Below, piece after piece: positions 1-13,319 of a stretch of DNA of 64,000 nucleotides (positions are counted from its first letter, which is position 1; every line of letters begins with the position of its first letter). The stretch lies in assembly GCA_963666055.2 (NCBI GenBank), contig CAXWPH010000015.1, positions 192,001 through 256,000 of the forward strand. Reading direction: 5' to 3'. The stretch is from Acidobacteriota bacterium. GTDB lineage: Bacteria > Acidobacteriota > UBA890 > WLXD01. The position numbers and the translations under genes are program-made. The notes under the pieces are model-generated. The model worked only from the letters and a program-made list of their open reading frames with translations, was not told the DNA's origin and made no database searches.

Positions 1-831
1 GTCGTCGGCGCCGGCGCGGACGCAGGCAGCGCGCAGCTCGGCGGTGAGCTCGTCCTCGGTGTCGCCCGGCAGCAACCGGCGCTCGTAGGTTGCCCGGCAG
101 CCGCTCGGCACCACCGAGTGCGCCGGATGCGGGATAGAGATGATGTCGGTGAGGCACATGACGCCATCGCCGACGAACGGATCGCTCGCCATGGGCAGCG
201 CCTCGATCTGCTCGATCACGGCGCGCATCGAGTGCACCGCGTTGACGCCTTGATCAGGCGTGGAGGCATGAGATGGCACGCCTTTGGTGGCGACGACCCA
301 TTCGGCGCGGCCGCGTCCGGCGCGCACGACATCCAGGTCGGAAGCCTCGCCGATGACGACGAAATCCGCCCCGTGCCTTTGCATCACGACACGCAACGCC
401 GCCCCTTCGATGAGCTCTTCGCCAACCGACGCGGAGACCACGGCGCGACCACCGAGCGTCGATCGATCTAGCGTGCCGATGCCGTGGATCATCGCCGCCA
501 GCGCGCCCTTCATGTCGGAGCTGCCGCGGCCGTAGATTCGCCCGTCGGTCTCGTCACCACCGAACGGGTCATGGGACCAGGTACCGCGCGGATGAACGTC
601 GACCGTGTCCATGTGCGCGTCGAAGAGAATTGTGGGCCCGTCAGCGATGCCCTCGACCACGCCGACGGCGTTGCCGGAAGCATCGATCTCGACCTCGTCG
701 TAGTCCAGCAAGCGCATCTCGGCGACGATGCGCGCCGCGACCGGTCCCTCACCACCCAACACGCTCGGAATGCGCACCAGGTCACGGGTGAGGGACACGA
801 GGGCCTCTGAAGGGTCGCCGCTGCCGGTCAT
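1..831 (-). CDS. M20/ArgE-DapE family metallo-hydrolase (YgeY-like), runs off the window edge
   Basis: Manual translation (not in the ORF track): LLDAHMDTV, GRIYGRGSSDMKG, VGEELIEG, VVIGEAS, KGVPSHASTP; ATG at 831. Confidence 0.9.
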   Translation of the reverse strand, partial: MTGSGDPSEALVSLTRDLVRIPSVLGGEGPVAARIVAEMRLLDYDEVEIDASGNAVGVVEGIADGPTILFDAHMDTVDVHPRGTWSHDPFGGDETDGRIYGRGSSDMKGALAAMIHGIGTLDRSTLGGRAVVSASVGEELIEGAALRVVMQRHGADFVVIGEASDLDVVRAGRGRAEWVVATKGVPSHASTPDQGVNAVHSMRAVIEQIEALPMASDPFVGDGVMCLTDIISIPHPAHSVVPSGCRATYERRLLPGDTEDELTAELRAACVRAGADD

Positions 832-998
832 CGGGTGTCGCCGGCCTCGGCGCGGCGCGTGCCTACGAGCCAGGCGCGGCCGCCGGTGCCGCGCAATAGA
901 TCGAGCGTCGCCATGGCAACGAGCACCACGACAAGGAGAATTCCCAGGCGCAGTAAGGTGCGATCGGGCGGGCGCGACGAACTCGTCGTTTCGGTCAA
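828..998 (-). CDS. Small 56-aa single-pass membrane protein
   Basis: TTG start after AGAGG; MTETTSSSRPPDRTLLRLGILLVVVLVAMATLDLLRG...; its TGA overlaps the ATG of the M20 gene (ATGA). Confidence 0.55.
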   Translation of the reverse strand: MTETTSSSRPPDRTLLRLGILLVVVLVAMATLDLLRGTGGRAWLVGTRRAEAGDTR

Positions 999-1162
999 CG
1001 ATGCCTCTGGAGGAGAAGCGCACCCGGGCGACGATTGCTTTGCTCCGGGTTCGCCGCCCGGGTGCGGAGCCTGACCTCTGAGTCAATTATGGGAGGCGTC
1101 GTGCCGTCAACCAAGAGCGTATCGACCGTACGGTTGCAGTGGCCGGTGATCGGACACTGAAA

Positions 1163-1192
1163 CCCATCACACTTCCACCTCGGCCCTGCTAG
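1163..1192. repeat. Solo end of the CTAG-flanked MITE family
   Basis: cccatcacacttccacctcggccctgctag resembles the right end of the element at 63778-63956. Confidence 0.6.
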
Positions 1193-1253
1193 AGTCGCCG
1201 CGGCGATATACGTATCGCCGGCCAAGCGCGTGCCCCTGATCCGGAGGCTTCCG

Positions 1254-2522
1254 ATGTCCGACCGGGACCAACCCCTGCCGCCCACCGACAGCCGTGAGGC
1301 ACGCGACCTGCTGGAGCGGTTCCTGGTGTCCTGCCGTCGTTACGGAGTCGACCGGCGTCGCTTCATCCGTTTGGTGGGAGCGGGCGCGGCGGGCGGGTTC
1401 CTGGCAGCATGCGCCGCGCCGGAGGAAGGCGCCGCGGCAGCGTCCAGCGGCTCCGACGCGCCGGCCAGCGTCTTCTTCAAAGACAATACCGAGCTCATTC
1501 CTCACGGGGCACGCAACCTCGAGGCGCGCATCGACCGCCTGGACTCCTTTCTGACACCTGCGCCCGAATTTTTCGTACGCAACAACTCCACCAGCATCGC
1601 CGTCGACACCGATCGCTATGCGCTGCGCGTCGAAGGCGCGGGCGTCGACAATCCGCTCGAACTGAGCCTCGCACAGTTGCAGGCGCTGCCACGGCGTAGC
1701 GTCTTCTCTTACCTCGAATGCGGCGGCAACCAGCGGGCGTTTTTCAGGCTGCTGCTGGGGCGCGCAGCCACCGGAACGCAGTGGGGTCGCGGCGGCGTCG
1801 GCATGGCGGAATGGGGCGGGGTGCCACTAGGTGAGGTGCTGCGGCTCGCTGACCTACGCGACGATGCGGTAGACGTGCAGTTGATCGGGCTCGACGTGGA
1901 ATCTCCCGAGCAGGGTTTTCGTCGCCCCATTCCCGTCGCCAAGGCGCTCGATCCTGACACGTTACTGGCAGACCGCATGAACGGTGCGGCGCTTCCCCCG
2001 GATCACGGTCACCCGCTGCGGGCCATCGTCCCGGGTTGGATCGGGAGCACCAACATTAAGTGGCTCGGCCGCATTGTCGTCTCCACCGAGAAAATCTGGA
2101 GCCGCAACAACACCACCTCCTACGTGCTGATTGGCGACGCATATCCGCCAGAGGGCGAGGCGCTAGGACAGCCCGCGACCCTGCAATCGATCAAGAGCGT
2201 GCTGGCGCTACCGTGGCCGGCGCGTCTGAGCCCGGGCACTGTGACCCTGCGCGGCTTTGCCCACTCGCCCCACGCGCCCATCGCGCGCCTGCAGTGGAGC
2301 GTCGACGATGGCGCGACGTGGTCGGAGGCCCGGCTGTTGGAGCCGGTCATGCGTTACGCATGGGCCCGGTTCGAGATCGAGTGGGTGGCATCGAGCGGTG
2401 CGCACACAATGATCACCCGGGCGACCGATGTGGCCGGAAACGCGCAACCCGACGACATCCCGTTCAACGAGAAAGGCTATCTGTTCAACCTGCCGCTGCC
2501 ACACCCCATCTCGGTGGCATGA
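1254..2522 (+). CDS. Tat-exported sulfite oxidase-family molybdoenzyme (SorT/SoxC-like)
   Basis: DRRRFIRL twin-arginine signal, FFVRN, YLECGGN (Mo-ligand Cys), DHGHPLR, IKWL, C-terminal dimerisation domain. Confidence 0.9.
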   Translation: MSDRDQPLPPTDSREARDLLERFLVSCRRYGVDRRRFIRLVGAGAAGGFLAACAAPEEGAAAASSGSDAPASVFFKDNTELIPHGARNLEARIDRLDSFLTPAPEFFVRNNSTSIAVDTDRYALRVEGAGVDNPLELSLAQLQALPRRSVFSYLECGGNQRAFFRLLLGRAATGTQWGRGGVGMAEWGGVPLGEVLRLADLRDDAVDVQLIGLDVESPEQGFRRPIPVAKALDPDTLLADRMNGAALPPDHGHPLRAIVPGWIGSTNIKWLGRIVVSTEKIWSRNNTTSYVLIGDAYPPEGEALGQPATLQSIKSVLALPWPARLSPGTVTLRGFAHSPHAPIARLQWSVDDGATWSEARLLEPVMRYAWARFEIEWVASSGAHTMITRATDVAGNAQPDDIPFNEKGYLFNLPLPHPISVA

Positions 2523-2893
2523 CTCAGGGGCGCCTGGCGCTGGTGCTCGTGGGGCTCGCGGGGTGGGCTGCCGTTGCGCTTGTCGCCTGTGACCGCACGC
2601 CGTACGCCGATGTAGACCGGGGTAGCGATCTCTACGCGCGGTATTGCTTCCAGTGCCACGACTCCGGAGACGGTATCGGCTCACGGCTCTCACCGGCGGT
2701 GCTGAGCAGCTACGGGACAGCGGCCGGACTGTTCGAGTACAACCGCAAGTTCATGCCGTACGCTGGCGAGGGTAGCCTTGCGACTGAGGACTACTGGGAC
2801 ATCACCGCCTACATGCTCGTGCAGCACGGCTTCGCTGCGCCGGAGCTCCAGCTAGCCCCCGCGGGTGCACCCGATATCCAGCTGCGCCGATAG
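2519..2893 (+). CDS. Monoheme c-type cytochrome lipoprotein, probable electron acceptor of the upstream enzyme
   Basis: ATGA overlap with the upstream gene; LVAC lipobox; CFQCH; KFMP distal Met motif. Confidence 0.85.
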   Translation: MTQGRLALVLVGLAGWAAVALVACDRTPYADVDRGSDLYARYCFQCHDSGDGIGSRLSPAVLSSYGTAAGLFEYNRKFMPYAGEGSLATEDYWDITAYMLVQHGFAAPELQLAPAGAPDIQLRR

Positions 2894-2961
2894 GTCGCGG
2901 GTCCGAAAGGGCTTCGGAGTGCGCCGGCTTCCTCCTTACAATTCTGTCGGGAGGGTCCGTC

Positions 2962-4605
2962 TTGGCCGCAGTAGTATCAATCAAGTCAGCGCGGCGCAGA
3001 GAGGCCGCAAACACACCGCGGCAACTGCTCGGACGCGGCCGCTCGGGCGTGGTCTACCGCCAGGATGCCCCGGAGGGAGCGCTGGCGGTGAAGGTGTTCC
3101 TCGGCGACACCCTCGGCGATCTGGTGCATCGAGTCGCCTTCGGGGCTCCCAACCCGTACTCGTGGTCCGGCCCCGCCGTCCGATGCGCCCTCTATCGCCG
3201 ACGCATCCTCGCCCTGCTGGTGCCCTATTGGTTCGGCGAGCGCTTGCAGGTGGCAGACGCCACCCAGGTACTCTGGAACCAGGCAGCACGCGCCTGGGAG
3301 CTCCACACGCGCTACGTGAAGGGGTATCCAGCGGCACTGCACCACCCGTTCTCCGCATCGCGCGACCACGAGCAGGTCGAGCTTCGCGACGAGATTATGC
3401 GGCCGCTGCAACACCATCTCGACGCCAGCGGCTTTGACGGCCTGGTATGGCCGGCGGGCCACGGCAACCCCGTGGCAGCCAACAATTTTCTGGTGATCGA
3501 GCGCCGCCGCGGACGTCGCGGCGCCGCCGGCACGCGCTGGGCCTGGATCGATCTCGAGTCTGGTGTTCCCGCCCTGTTTCCCGCCGACCCGCGGCCGCTA
3601 TTCACCTACTACCTGCCGCGCAGCTTCCGACTCGGGCGGCCGCTGTTCGACGATGTCGACGTGGAGCGTCTCCTCGGCTACGTCGAGGCTCACGCCGATG
3701 CTATCGACGCGGTGGTGGGCAAGGGCGGCGTTCATCGGGTGCGGCAATGCGTCTGCCAGCTGCGGGACGCCCAGCAGGAGTGGAAGTCGTTGCCGCGACG
3801 CGATCGCAGCCTGCACTGCGCCATGGTCCGAGGCCAACTGAACGTCACCCAAGCACGCTGGTATCAAGATCACCCGCTACGTTGGCACGCATCCGAGATT
3901 AGGCGCGGATCACGGTCAGCGGTCTCGCATATGGTGTCTGGCGCGCGGCGCTGGCTGCGCGTTGTGCGCCACATCGATGCTCTCGAGGGCCTGCGCCTCG
4001 CCTGGCGGTTTGCTGCCTCGCAGCCGTATCGCGCCCGCATCGGCCGATTCTACGCGTTGCGCCGAGTGCACCGCTGGCGTCAGCGCGGCCAACTCGGGCA
4101 GCGCGAGGCCGCCTTCCTGCGCCGGATGTCCGGACACGAGCAGTCTAGCTACCTGACCGACTTCGCCGTTCATCTGGCGCTCAAGCCAGCCTGCAAGTCG
4201 GTAACCTGGCTGCTGCTGCCGCTGCTCGCCCAGCTAGCGATGCTGCCACTCTGGGTGGTGCCGTTCGGGCTGCTCCTTGGCGGCAGCATCGCACGCACCG
4301 CCTACACGGTTTGTCGGGCCGCACAGGCACGACTCCGAGGGCTTCCGGTTCCCTGGATCGCACTGGCCGTCGGGCTACTACCGATCGTCGGTACCGCAGC
4401 CTACCCAGGCCAAATTCTCGCCACTGGAAGATCGGGACAGGGGAAGCTGGCCGGCTTCCTGCTCTACGATACGTTCACCGCGGTGGGACGCCGGCTACCG
4501 ATCTGGGGCGGCAAGGACACCGCCACGGAGCACGTGTTCAACCGTCTCGCCGATCGGATAGTCGTCGATCGATCGGCGCTGATGGGGCAGGTGGGCGAAC
4601 AGTAA
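2962..4605 (+). CDS. Hypothetical membrane protein with a kinase-like N-terminal region
   Basis: 547-aa ORF; LGRGRSGVVY, AVKVF, NNF and WIDLE motifs; hydrophobic C-terminal segments. Confidence 0.6.
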   Translation: MAAVVSIKSARRREAANTPRQLLGRGRSGVVYRQDAPEGALAVKVFLGDTLGDLVHRVAFGAPNPYSWSGPAVRCALYRRRILALLVPYWFGERLQVADATQVLWNQAARAWELHTRYVKGYPAALHHPFSASRDHEQVELRDEIMRPLQHHLDASGFDGLVWPAGHGNPVAANNFLVIERRRGRRGAAGTRWAWIDLESGVPALFPADPRPLFTYYLPRSFRLGRPLFDDVDVERLLGYVEAHADAIDAVVGKGGVHRVRQCVCQLRDAQQEWKSLPRRDRSLHCAMVRGQLNVTQARWYQDHPLRWHASEIRRGSRSAVSHMVSGARRWLRVVRHIDALEGLRLAWRFAASQPYRARIGRFYALRRVHRWRQRGQLGQREAAFLRRMSGHEQSSYLTDFAVHLALKPACKSVTWLLLPLLAQLAMLPLWVVPFGLLLGGSIARTAYTVCRAAQARLRGLPVPWIALAVGLLPIVGTAAYPGQILATGRSGQGKLAGFLLYDTFTAVGRRLPIWGGKDTATEHVFNRLADRIVVDRSALMGQVGEQ

Positions 4606-4644
4606 CCGCCCAGCCGTCGCCGGCGACTATCTCGCCGCCGTCTC

Positions 4645-5403
4645 CTACGTGCGCAGGTACGAGGCACCGTTGGCGTCGACGATGCAGCCGGTGAGATACC
4701 CGATACCTTCGCTGGCCAGAAACGTCACCACTCGCGCAATCTCATCGGGCATGGCGACACGGTTGAGCGGGCTCTGCGCGCGAATCGCTTCACCCGCTTC
4801 CCCGGCCAGGTGAGGCGCCGCCATGTCAGTCTCCACAAACCCCGGCGCCACCACGCCCACGAAGATCCCGTGCGGCGCCAACTCCTGCGCCAGCGACTGG
4901 CTGAGCGCGTTGAGCCCCGCCTTGCTGGCGCCGTAGGCAGGAGCCTGGGGCTCACCGCGAAAGGCGCCGCGCGAGGAGACATTGATTATGCGGCCGCCGC
5001 CGCGCTCCATCATGTGCCGTGCCACGCAGTACATCAGATTCGCCGGGCCCAGCAGATTGGTGCCCAGCGCCCGATCCCAGGCACGGCGCCAGGCGACGAA
5101 GTCGACCTCGGCAACTCGATGCAGCTGGTATACGCCGGCGTTGTTCACCAGCACGTCGATCCGGCCCATTTCGGACGCGGTTTCGGAGACCAGGCGCTCA
5201 CACGCATCCGGATCCGAGACGTCGGCCTGCACGACGAAGTGCGGCCCACCGTCCAGCTCGCCGACCGTCTCCTCGGCGGCCTCACGATTGACGTGATAGT
5301 GCACCGCCACGCGGCCGCCCTGCGCCGCGAAGCGAGCTGCAATCGCGCGCCCGATGCCGCGCGACGCCCCGGTCACCAGAATGTTGCGTCCGCCGAATCC
5401 CAC
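4645..5403 (-). CDS. SDR family oxidoreductase
   Basis: [17 protein letters not shown]. Confidence 0.93.
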   Translation of the reverse strand: MGFGGRNILVTGASRGIGRAIAARFAAQGGRVAVHYHVNREAAEETVGELDGGPHFVVQADVSDPDACERLVSETASEMGRIDVLVNNAGVYQLHRVAEVDFVAWRRAWDRALGTNLLGPANLMYCVARHMMERGGGRIINVSSRGAFRGEPQAPAYGASKAGLNALSQSLAQELAPHGIFVGVVAPGFVETDMAAPHLAGEAGEAIRAQSPLNRVAMPDEIARVVTFLASEGIGYLTGCIVDANGASYLRT

Positions 5404-5501
5404 TGCCCCTCCAAGGATCTATCGTGGCTTCTCTTGCTTGCCGAACGAACCTGCTCGCAGACCCATCCTACGGCGCCCGCCGAAGCCAAGGGAACACCGA
5501 G

Positions 5502-5530
5502 CCCGCCACACTTCCACCACGGCCTGCTAG
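5502..5530. repeat. Solo end of the CTAG-flanked MITE family
   Basis: cccgccacacttccaccacggcctgctag differs at 2 positions from 63928-63956. Confidence 0.8.
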
Positions 5531-5545
5531 CTGGGTACTGTCGAC

Positions 5546-5959
5546 TCAAGCTGAGTCTTGCCCGCTTGACACGTATCGTTTGCTTGATGGTTGGCAGCCG
5601 CGGCGCCAAATCCAGCCGTAGATCACGACGTTGAGCGCGATCACCACCAGCCCCAGACCGATTTGGAGCTCTCGCGTCAGCTCGGCGGGGTAGAGCACGG
5701 GACTCAGGTAGTGCTCGACGAAGCCTCCTTCGTATCCGTGCAGGCCGGCTTGCCGGCGCCACCGGTTTTCCAGCGGCGTGAGAGGACAGATCCAGCCGCC
5801 GAACTCGATGAGCGCGCCCCACACGGCACACGGCACATGCACCCAGGCGAGACGGCGCCACCGGAGCACCAGGAGCCCTCCGGCCACCACGATCGTCACG
5901 AAGCCGAGGTGAATCAGAACCGTCAGGTCGGCGAGAAAACGGTAGAGAGAGGCGTCCAT
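5546..5959 (-). CDS. DUF2784 family membrane protein
   Basis: LADLTVLIHLGF, GWICPLTPLEN, GFVEHYL..LYP. Confidence 0.88.
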   Translation of the reverse strand: MDASLYRFLADLTVLIHLGFVTIVVAGGLLVLRWRRLAWVHVPCAVWGALIEFGGWICPLTPLENRWRRQAGLHGYEGGFVEHYLSPVLYPAELTRELQIGLGLVVIALNVVIYGWIWRRGCQPSSKRYVSSGQDSA

Positions 5960-6320
5960 GCTTTCTCCGAACATCCCTTGAACGCTGTGGGTGGGACAAA
6001 GAGGTACCGGCCGGGCGAGGATCGCAAATCCCCTTTGATACCAGTCGCTTCCAGAGGATCGTGCTGATTGGCCATGAGCAGCTCTAGCTGGTCGAATCGC
6101 TTCCGTTTGGGCCTCATCTGCTCAGAATCCACCTGCTTGGACGTCGGCCGGATCCAGATGGGAATCACGTCCACGATCGCATACCGTAACCCTCGATGAT
6201 CACCGCACACACCGACGTCGAATTCCTCGAGATCGTCGAAGAAGACGAATTTCATTGCTTCTATGGATAGGCTCAGCGTCTGGCAATAACTTCGAACGAT
6301 TCGCCCCCCCTGGTAGCGCA

Positions 6321-7310
6321 ATGGAACCAGGCACCAAACTCGGCCACTACGAGATCCTGTCCCCGCTCGGCGAAGGCGGGATGGGGCAGGTGTATCGAGC
6401 ACGGGACACGACGCTGGATCGTGATGTCGCCATCAAGGTGCTGTCAGAGGACTTCGCCAGCGATGCCAACCGACTGGCACGATTCGAGCGGGAAGCAAAG
6501 CTGCTTGCCTCGCTGAACCATCCCAACATCGCCACCATCTTCGGATTCGAGGAATCGGACGGTGTGCTCTTCATCGCCATGGAGTTGGTGGAGGGTGACA
6601 GCCTCGCCGAACGCATCGCGGCCTCGGGGCGCATCGAGATCGACGAGGCACTGGAGATCGCCCGCCGGATCGCATTGGCGCTTGAAGCGGCTCACGAGGC
6701 TGGTGTCATCCATCGGGACTTGAAGCCTGCCAACGTGCAGGTGTCACCCGATGGCACCGTCAAGGTGCTCGATTTCGGGCTTGCCAAAGCCTACGAGGTG
6801 GAAGGCAGCGATCCGTCGTCGGATCTGAGCCACTCACCCACGATGATGGCCGCCACTGGCACCGGCGTGATCATGGGTACGGCTCCGTATATGAGCCCCG
6901 AACAGGCACGAGGTACACCGGTCGATAAACGTAGCGACATATGGGCGTTCGGCTGTGTGCTGTACGAGATGCTTGCCGGCAAGCGTGCTTTCGGCGGGGA
7001 GACCGTCAGCGACACCATGGCGGCAATTCTCAGAGCGGAGCCGGACTGGGCATCGCTCCCGGGGACCACCCCGAGAGCATTGCGGCGACTTCTTGACCGG
7101 TGTCTTACGAAGGAACCGCGTGACCGTCTCCACGACATTGCCGATGCTCGCATCGAGATCGTCATGGCCATAGCCGATCCAGACGGCGGCATCACTGTGA
7201 AGGATGGCTCTGGTGAGGCTATGAAGCCCTCCTGGCGGCAAGCGATCCCAACGCCTGTGGCAGCTGGCCTTTGCGTCGGCATCGCTGCCGCTGAGGGCAC
7301 CCCGGCGTGA
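6321..7310 (+). CDS. Hanks-type Ser/Thr protein kinase, probably C-terminally truncated
   Basis: LGEGGMGQVY, VAIK, HRDLKPAN, DFGLAK, YMSPEQ; ends within a half-formed TM segment just before an IS fragment. Confidence 0.88.
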   Translation: MEPGTKLGHYEILSPLGEGGMGQVYRARDTTLDRDVAIKVLSEDFASDANRLARFEREAKLLASLNHPNIATIFGFEESDGVLFIAMELVEGDSLAERIAASGRIEIDEALEIARRIALALEAAHEAGVIHRDLKPANVQVSPDGTVKVLDFGLAKAYEVEGSDPSSDLSHSPTMMAATGTGVIMGTAPYMSPEQARGTPVDKRSDIWAFGCVLYEMLAGKRAFGGETVSDTMAAILRAEPDWASLPGTTPRALRRLLDRCLTKEPRDRLHDIADARIEIVMAIADPDGGITVKDGSGEAMKPSWRQAIPTPVAAGLCVGIAAAEGTPA

Positions 7311-7372
7311 TGATGGAATATTACACGTGTGTAGTAGTGGGGATATCCCGGCGGATCGACTGCGGGTTGCTA

Positions 7373-7431
7373 ATCTGCACACGTAGACGGCGATCTTCTC
7401 GCGCTCTCGGGCTCGGTGCCCGTCCTCGCCA
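7373..7431 (-). mobile_element. 59-bp internal fragment of the IS3 element at 24572-25944
   Basis: Matches 25442-25500 with one mismatch. Confidence 0.85.
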
Positions 7432-7564
7432 TACAAGAGCCAAAGCGAATCGAACAGGGATCGCTCGGGTGCGCCCTACACTACCGTGTCAGACGCGCTA
7501 CTAAGGACACGCCCGGTAGGGTCGGTGGGAGTTCTGGAGCGTCTCAGAGCTCGCGAAGAGGTTT

Positions 7565-9760
7565 CTAGTAGATGTACCCCAAGCTCCGCAGCAGAGAGCG
7601 TGTCCTGTCGTCTAGTCCGGTAAGCGTCTCTCCGGCTGCCCTATCTCGGTAGGTCGCTATGGGTTCCACCAGGGGCAACAGGGTCCCATCCTGCTGCCGG
7701 GGTGCCAGCCCATCCGGGACGTGCCCTGGCATCCGCTTCGACGCCGGAAGGCTCAGGTGGGCCAGGATCAGCGGCAGGACATCTACCTGTGAGAGCGTCG
7801 GCCCGACAGAGTGATCTGGTGGCATATGGGGTCCAGCGAAGACGTAGATTCCTTCCGAATCGTGGGCGCCGATGAGACCTTCACCGGGCTGGGTACCATG
7901 GTCCGAGACGACGGCTACGAAAGTATCGCTGCGAGCCCTACTTAGGATCTCTCCCAAGTGTGCATCGAAGGCCTGGTAACCGCGGTCAATTGCGCCTGCG
8001 GCCCATCTTACGGCCAGCTCGCTGTACGGCCGGTGCGGGGTGTGCGTCCGGAAGTAGGAAACGTAGTCTGCCGGCACACCGACGCGGAACATCCAGAATG
8101 CGTGTTGGATCCGATCCGTGAACGTGAATACCTGCACCAAAGCGTCCCACGCCAGCCGGTCCATCAGCGCTACGGAATTCGACGCTTGTAGGGCGGCTAC
8201 CTCGAGTTGGTCCCCTTCGGTGAAGGCCAACGTTTGGGGCGTATGCGTTAATTCAAATGACATGCCCTCCGCAAGATACGGCGCCGCCGAGGTACCTGGC
8301 AGGTCAAGCAAGTCGGGCGGATTGGATTGCCCGGCAAAGCGTTCCGCGATAAGCGGTCGGAACAGCACTCGCACGCCAGCCGGGTGCAAGCTGTCGACAA
8401 ACACCCGAGTCAGCCACGCTAGACTGTCGGGTCCTCGTACACGTAGCCATGGGCTCCAGAGCCCCTCCGTCAGAGTGAAAAGCGGTGTGCTCGAGCCGTC
8501 TGGTACGAAAGCTTGAATCCGCCTGCCACCATCCGTTTTGAGTAGCAGATCGAGCGAAAACACTTCAACCCCGCCAGCACCGAAAGCGGCGGCGAGAGCG
8601 CTAGTTTCGTCGAATCTACGCCAGATTTCGTACAAGACTGTGCGCTTCGCAGCCAGGTCATCGGGCCCTTCAGGTATCGCGCGGAAGCTAGCGCGGTACC
8701 GGATGTTCTCCTTGAGTTTTCTGACGAGCAACAGCGGCCGAGGACCTAGTGGGTCTGGACTCGCGCCGCTGAACACGACCCAGCCGCGGTAGGTTCTCCA
8801 CGCGAGCTCGGGGATCGGCATACCGGCCAGGAACGGTCCGACATCCGATTCCGCGGGAAACGTGGCCGGAACATTGATCGTGATCGCGTTCCAACCATGA
8901 CTACTCAGAATCTCCCACAGTGCTTTTGACCGACGGTTGTTAGAGAACGCACGTTCCCAGCCGTCGATGCCATGAACCTCTACCGGCTGGCCTGTCATGA
9001 TCGTCGTCCAATCCTCTGGAGAGGATGATGTGCTCGTGCGTAGGACCCCGCGTATGCCCTTGGCGATTAGGCCCTCTAGACGCGGCATCTCGCCCGCCGC
9101 AATCAAGGGATCGATAACGCTCCAGTCAGCGGAGTCGACCCCGACGACAATCAGTCGTCGCTCTCCGCTTGGGTGCATCGATACCTCGCCGGGGACTGGC
9201 GGGACTCGCGGACTCCAGATCTCGAGCGTCGTGTCGAAGGCGGGGCGCCATAGCGCGTCGAGAAGAAACGAGGTCCCCAGGAGTCCCAAGCAAACGACCA
9301 CAGTCGAGCCGAGGACCACCTGGGGGCTCGGGATATTCCGCTCGCGCGACAGATACGCGCTTAGCGCGCGCATGAATGCAGCGGAGATGACCACCGCGGT
9401 CAGGAGTGCGAGCGCGCTCGGGAGCGAATACACGTCTCCCGGCAGCCACCTGATGTTCGCTTGCCCAAGAGCCAAGAGCACCACGATCATGTAAGTTGAT
9501 ACGCTGGCGCTGTACAGAACTCGGGCGGCCACCCCCAACTTGAATCGCGCAACCGTCAGAAGGAGGCTGGCAAGCATGCTACCCATCACGCCGGCGATGC
9601 CACCTATGGCGGCGAATCGTAACGGTGTTGTGCCGAGGGTTCCGAGTCTCGCGTCGAGCACCGCCACGACAACGAGCTCAAGAACAAGGACGCTTCCGCC
9701 CGCCAGCGCACCGATCGCCGCGGTATAACAGGGTGCTGAAAAACGGCTCCGGTACAACAT
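7565..9760 (-). CDS. Membrane-anchored alkaline phosphatase-superfamily (type I phosphodiesterase/NPP-like) protein; start uncertain
   Basis: N-terminal TM helices, VVGVDSADW, WTTIMTG, TDRIQHAFW, VVSDHG, terminal LRSLGY. Confidence 0.8.
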   Translation of the reverse strand: MLYRSRFSAPCYTAAIGALAGGSVLVLELVVVAVLDARLGTLGTTPLRFAAIGGIAGVMGSMLASLLLTVARFKLGVAARVLYSASVSTYMIVVLLALGQANIRWLPGDVYSLPSALALLTAVVISAAFMRALSAYLSRERNIPSPQVVLGSTVVVCLGLLGTSFLLDALWRPAFDTTLEIWSPRVPPVPGEVSMHPSGERRLIVVGVDSADWSVIDPLIAAGEMPRLEGLIAKGIRGVLRTSTSSSPEDWTTIMTGQPVEVHGIDGWERAFSNNRRSKALWEILSSHGWNAITINVPATFPAESDVGPFLAGMPIPELAWRTYRGWVVFSGASPDPLGPRPLLLVRKLKENIRYRASFRAIPEGPDDLAAKRTVLYEIWRRFDETSALAAAFGAGGVEVFSLDLLLKTDGGRRIQAFVPDGSSTPLFTLTEGLWSPWLRVRGPDSLAWLTRVFVDSLHPAGVRVLFRPLIAERFAGQSNPPDLLDLPGTSAAPYLAEGMSFELTHTPQTLAFTEGDQLEVAALQASNSVALMDRLAWDALVQVFTFTDRIQHAFWMFRVGVPADYVSYFRTHTPHRPYSELAVRWAAGAIDRGYQAFDAHLGEILSRARSDTFVAVVSDHGTQPGEGLIGAHDSEGIYVFAGPHMPPDHSVGPTLSQVDVLPLILAHLSLPASKRMPGHVPDGLAPRQQDGTLLPLVEPIATYRDRAAGETLTGLDDRTRSLLRSLGYIY

Positions 9761-10089
9761 TTCAGGCTGGATCGTCTCGATCAAGGTGAGTTGCCTGGAT
9801 AGCATAAACGGTGAAAGCGCGCCGCGGGAATCTAGGCTCGTTGGCGACAATGCCACCCGCCGGCCGTTCGTTGCCGTCCGGATCATACGGTGCCGAAATG
9901 GGCGTTGGCGAGTCTCATCCTAGGCAGCAACAAGAGCCAGAGCACCAGCGGCACGGTGACGCTGGTCATCAACTGGTTCGAGGAGTTAAATCAGCTCGTG
10001 CCGACGGATCCGTAGAGTCGCCAGCCGCCATCCTGCCGACAGTCAGGTCAACGGTACACTCTGCGCTCGCCGTCTCCTGACCTGGAACG

Positions 10090-13191
<3,102 letters not shown>

Positions 13192-13283
13192 CTTTATTCT
13201 TCTAAACAATTGTAGGTATTGAATATCTGACCTATCCTGATCTTTCGATCAACTCTCCGACAGTCGCCACCTTTCCACTGTTT

Positions 13284-13302
13284 TGGTGACTATCTGGTGA
13301 CT
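13284..13302 (+). promoter_or_regulatory. Putative integrase arm-type direct repeats
   Basis: TGGTGACT-atc-TGGTGACT in an AT-rich stretch just upstream of the integrase. Confidence 0.5.
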
Positions 13303-13319
13303 TAAACACGAGGATCAGG

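Noticed and set aside
1000-1253. Moco riboswitch upstream of the sulfite oxidase gene
   Set aside because: Hairpins are present but I could not match the Moco motif consensus.
5990-6300. ORF 5923..6402 (-) and a stop-interrupted plus-strand frame
   Set aside because: No recognisable family; it overlaps real genes at both ends and may be an unidentifiable remnant.
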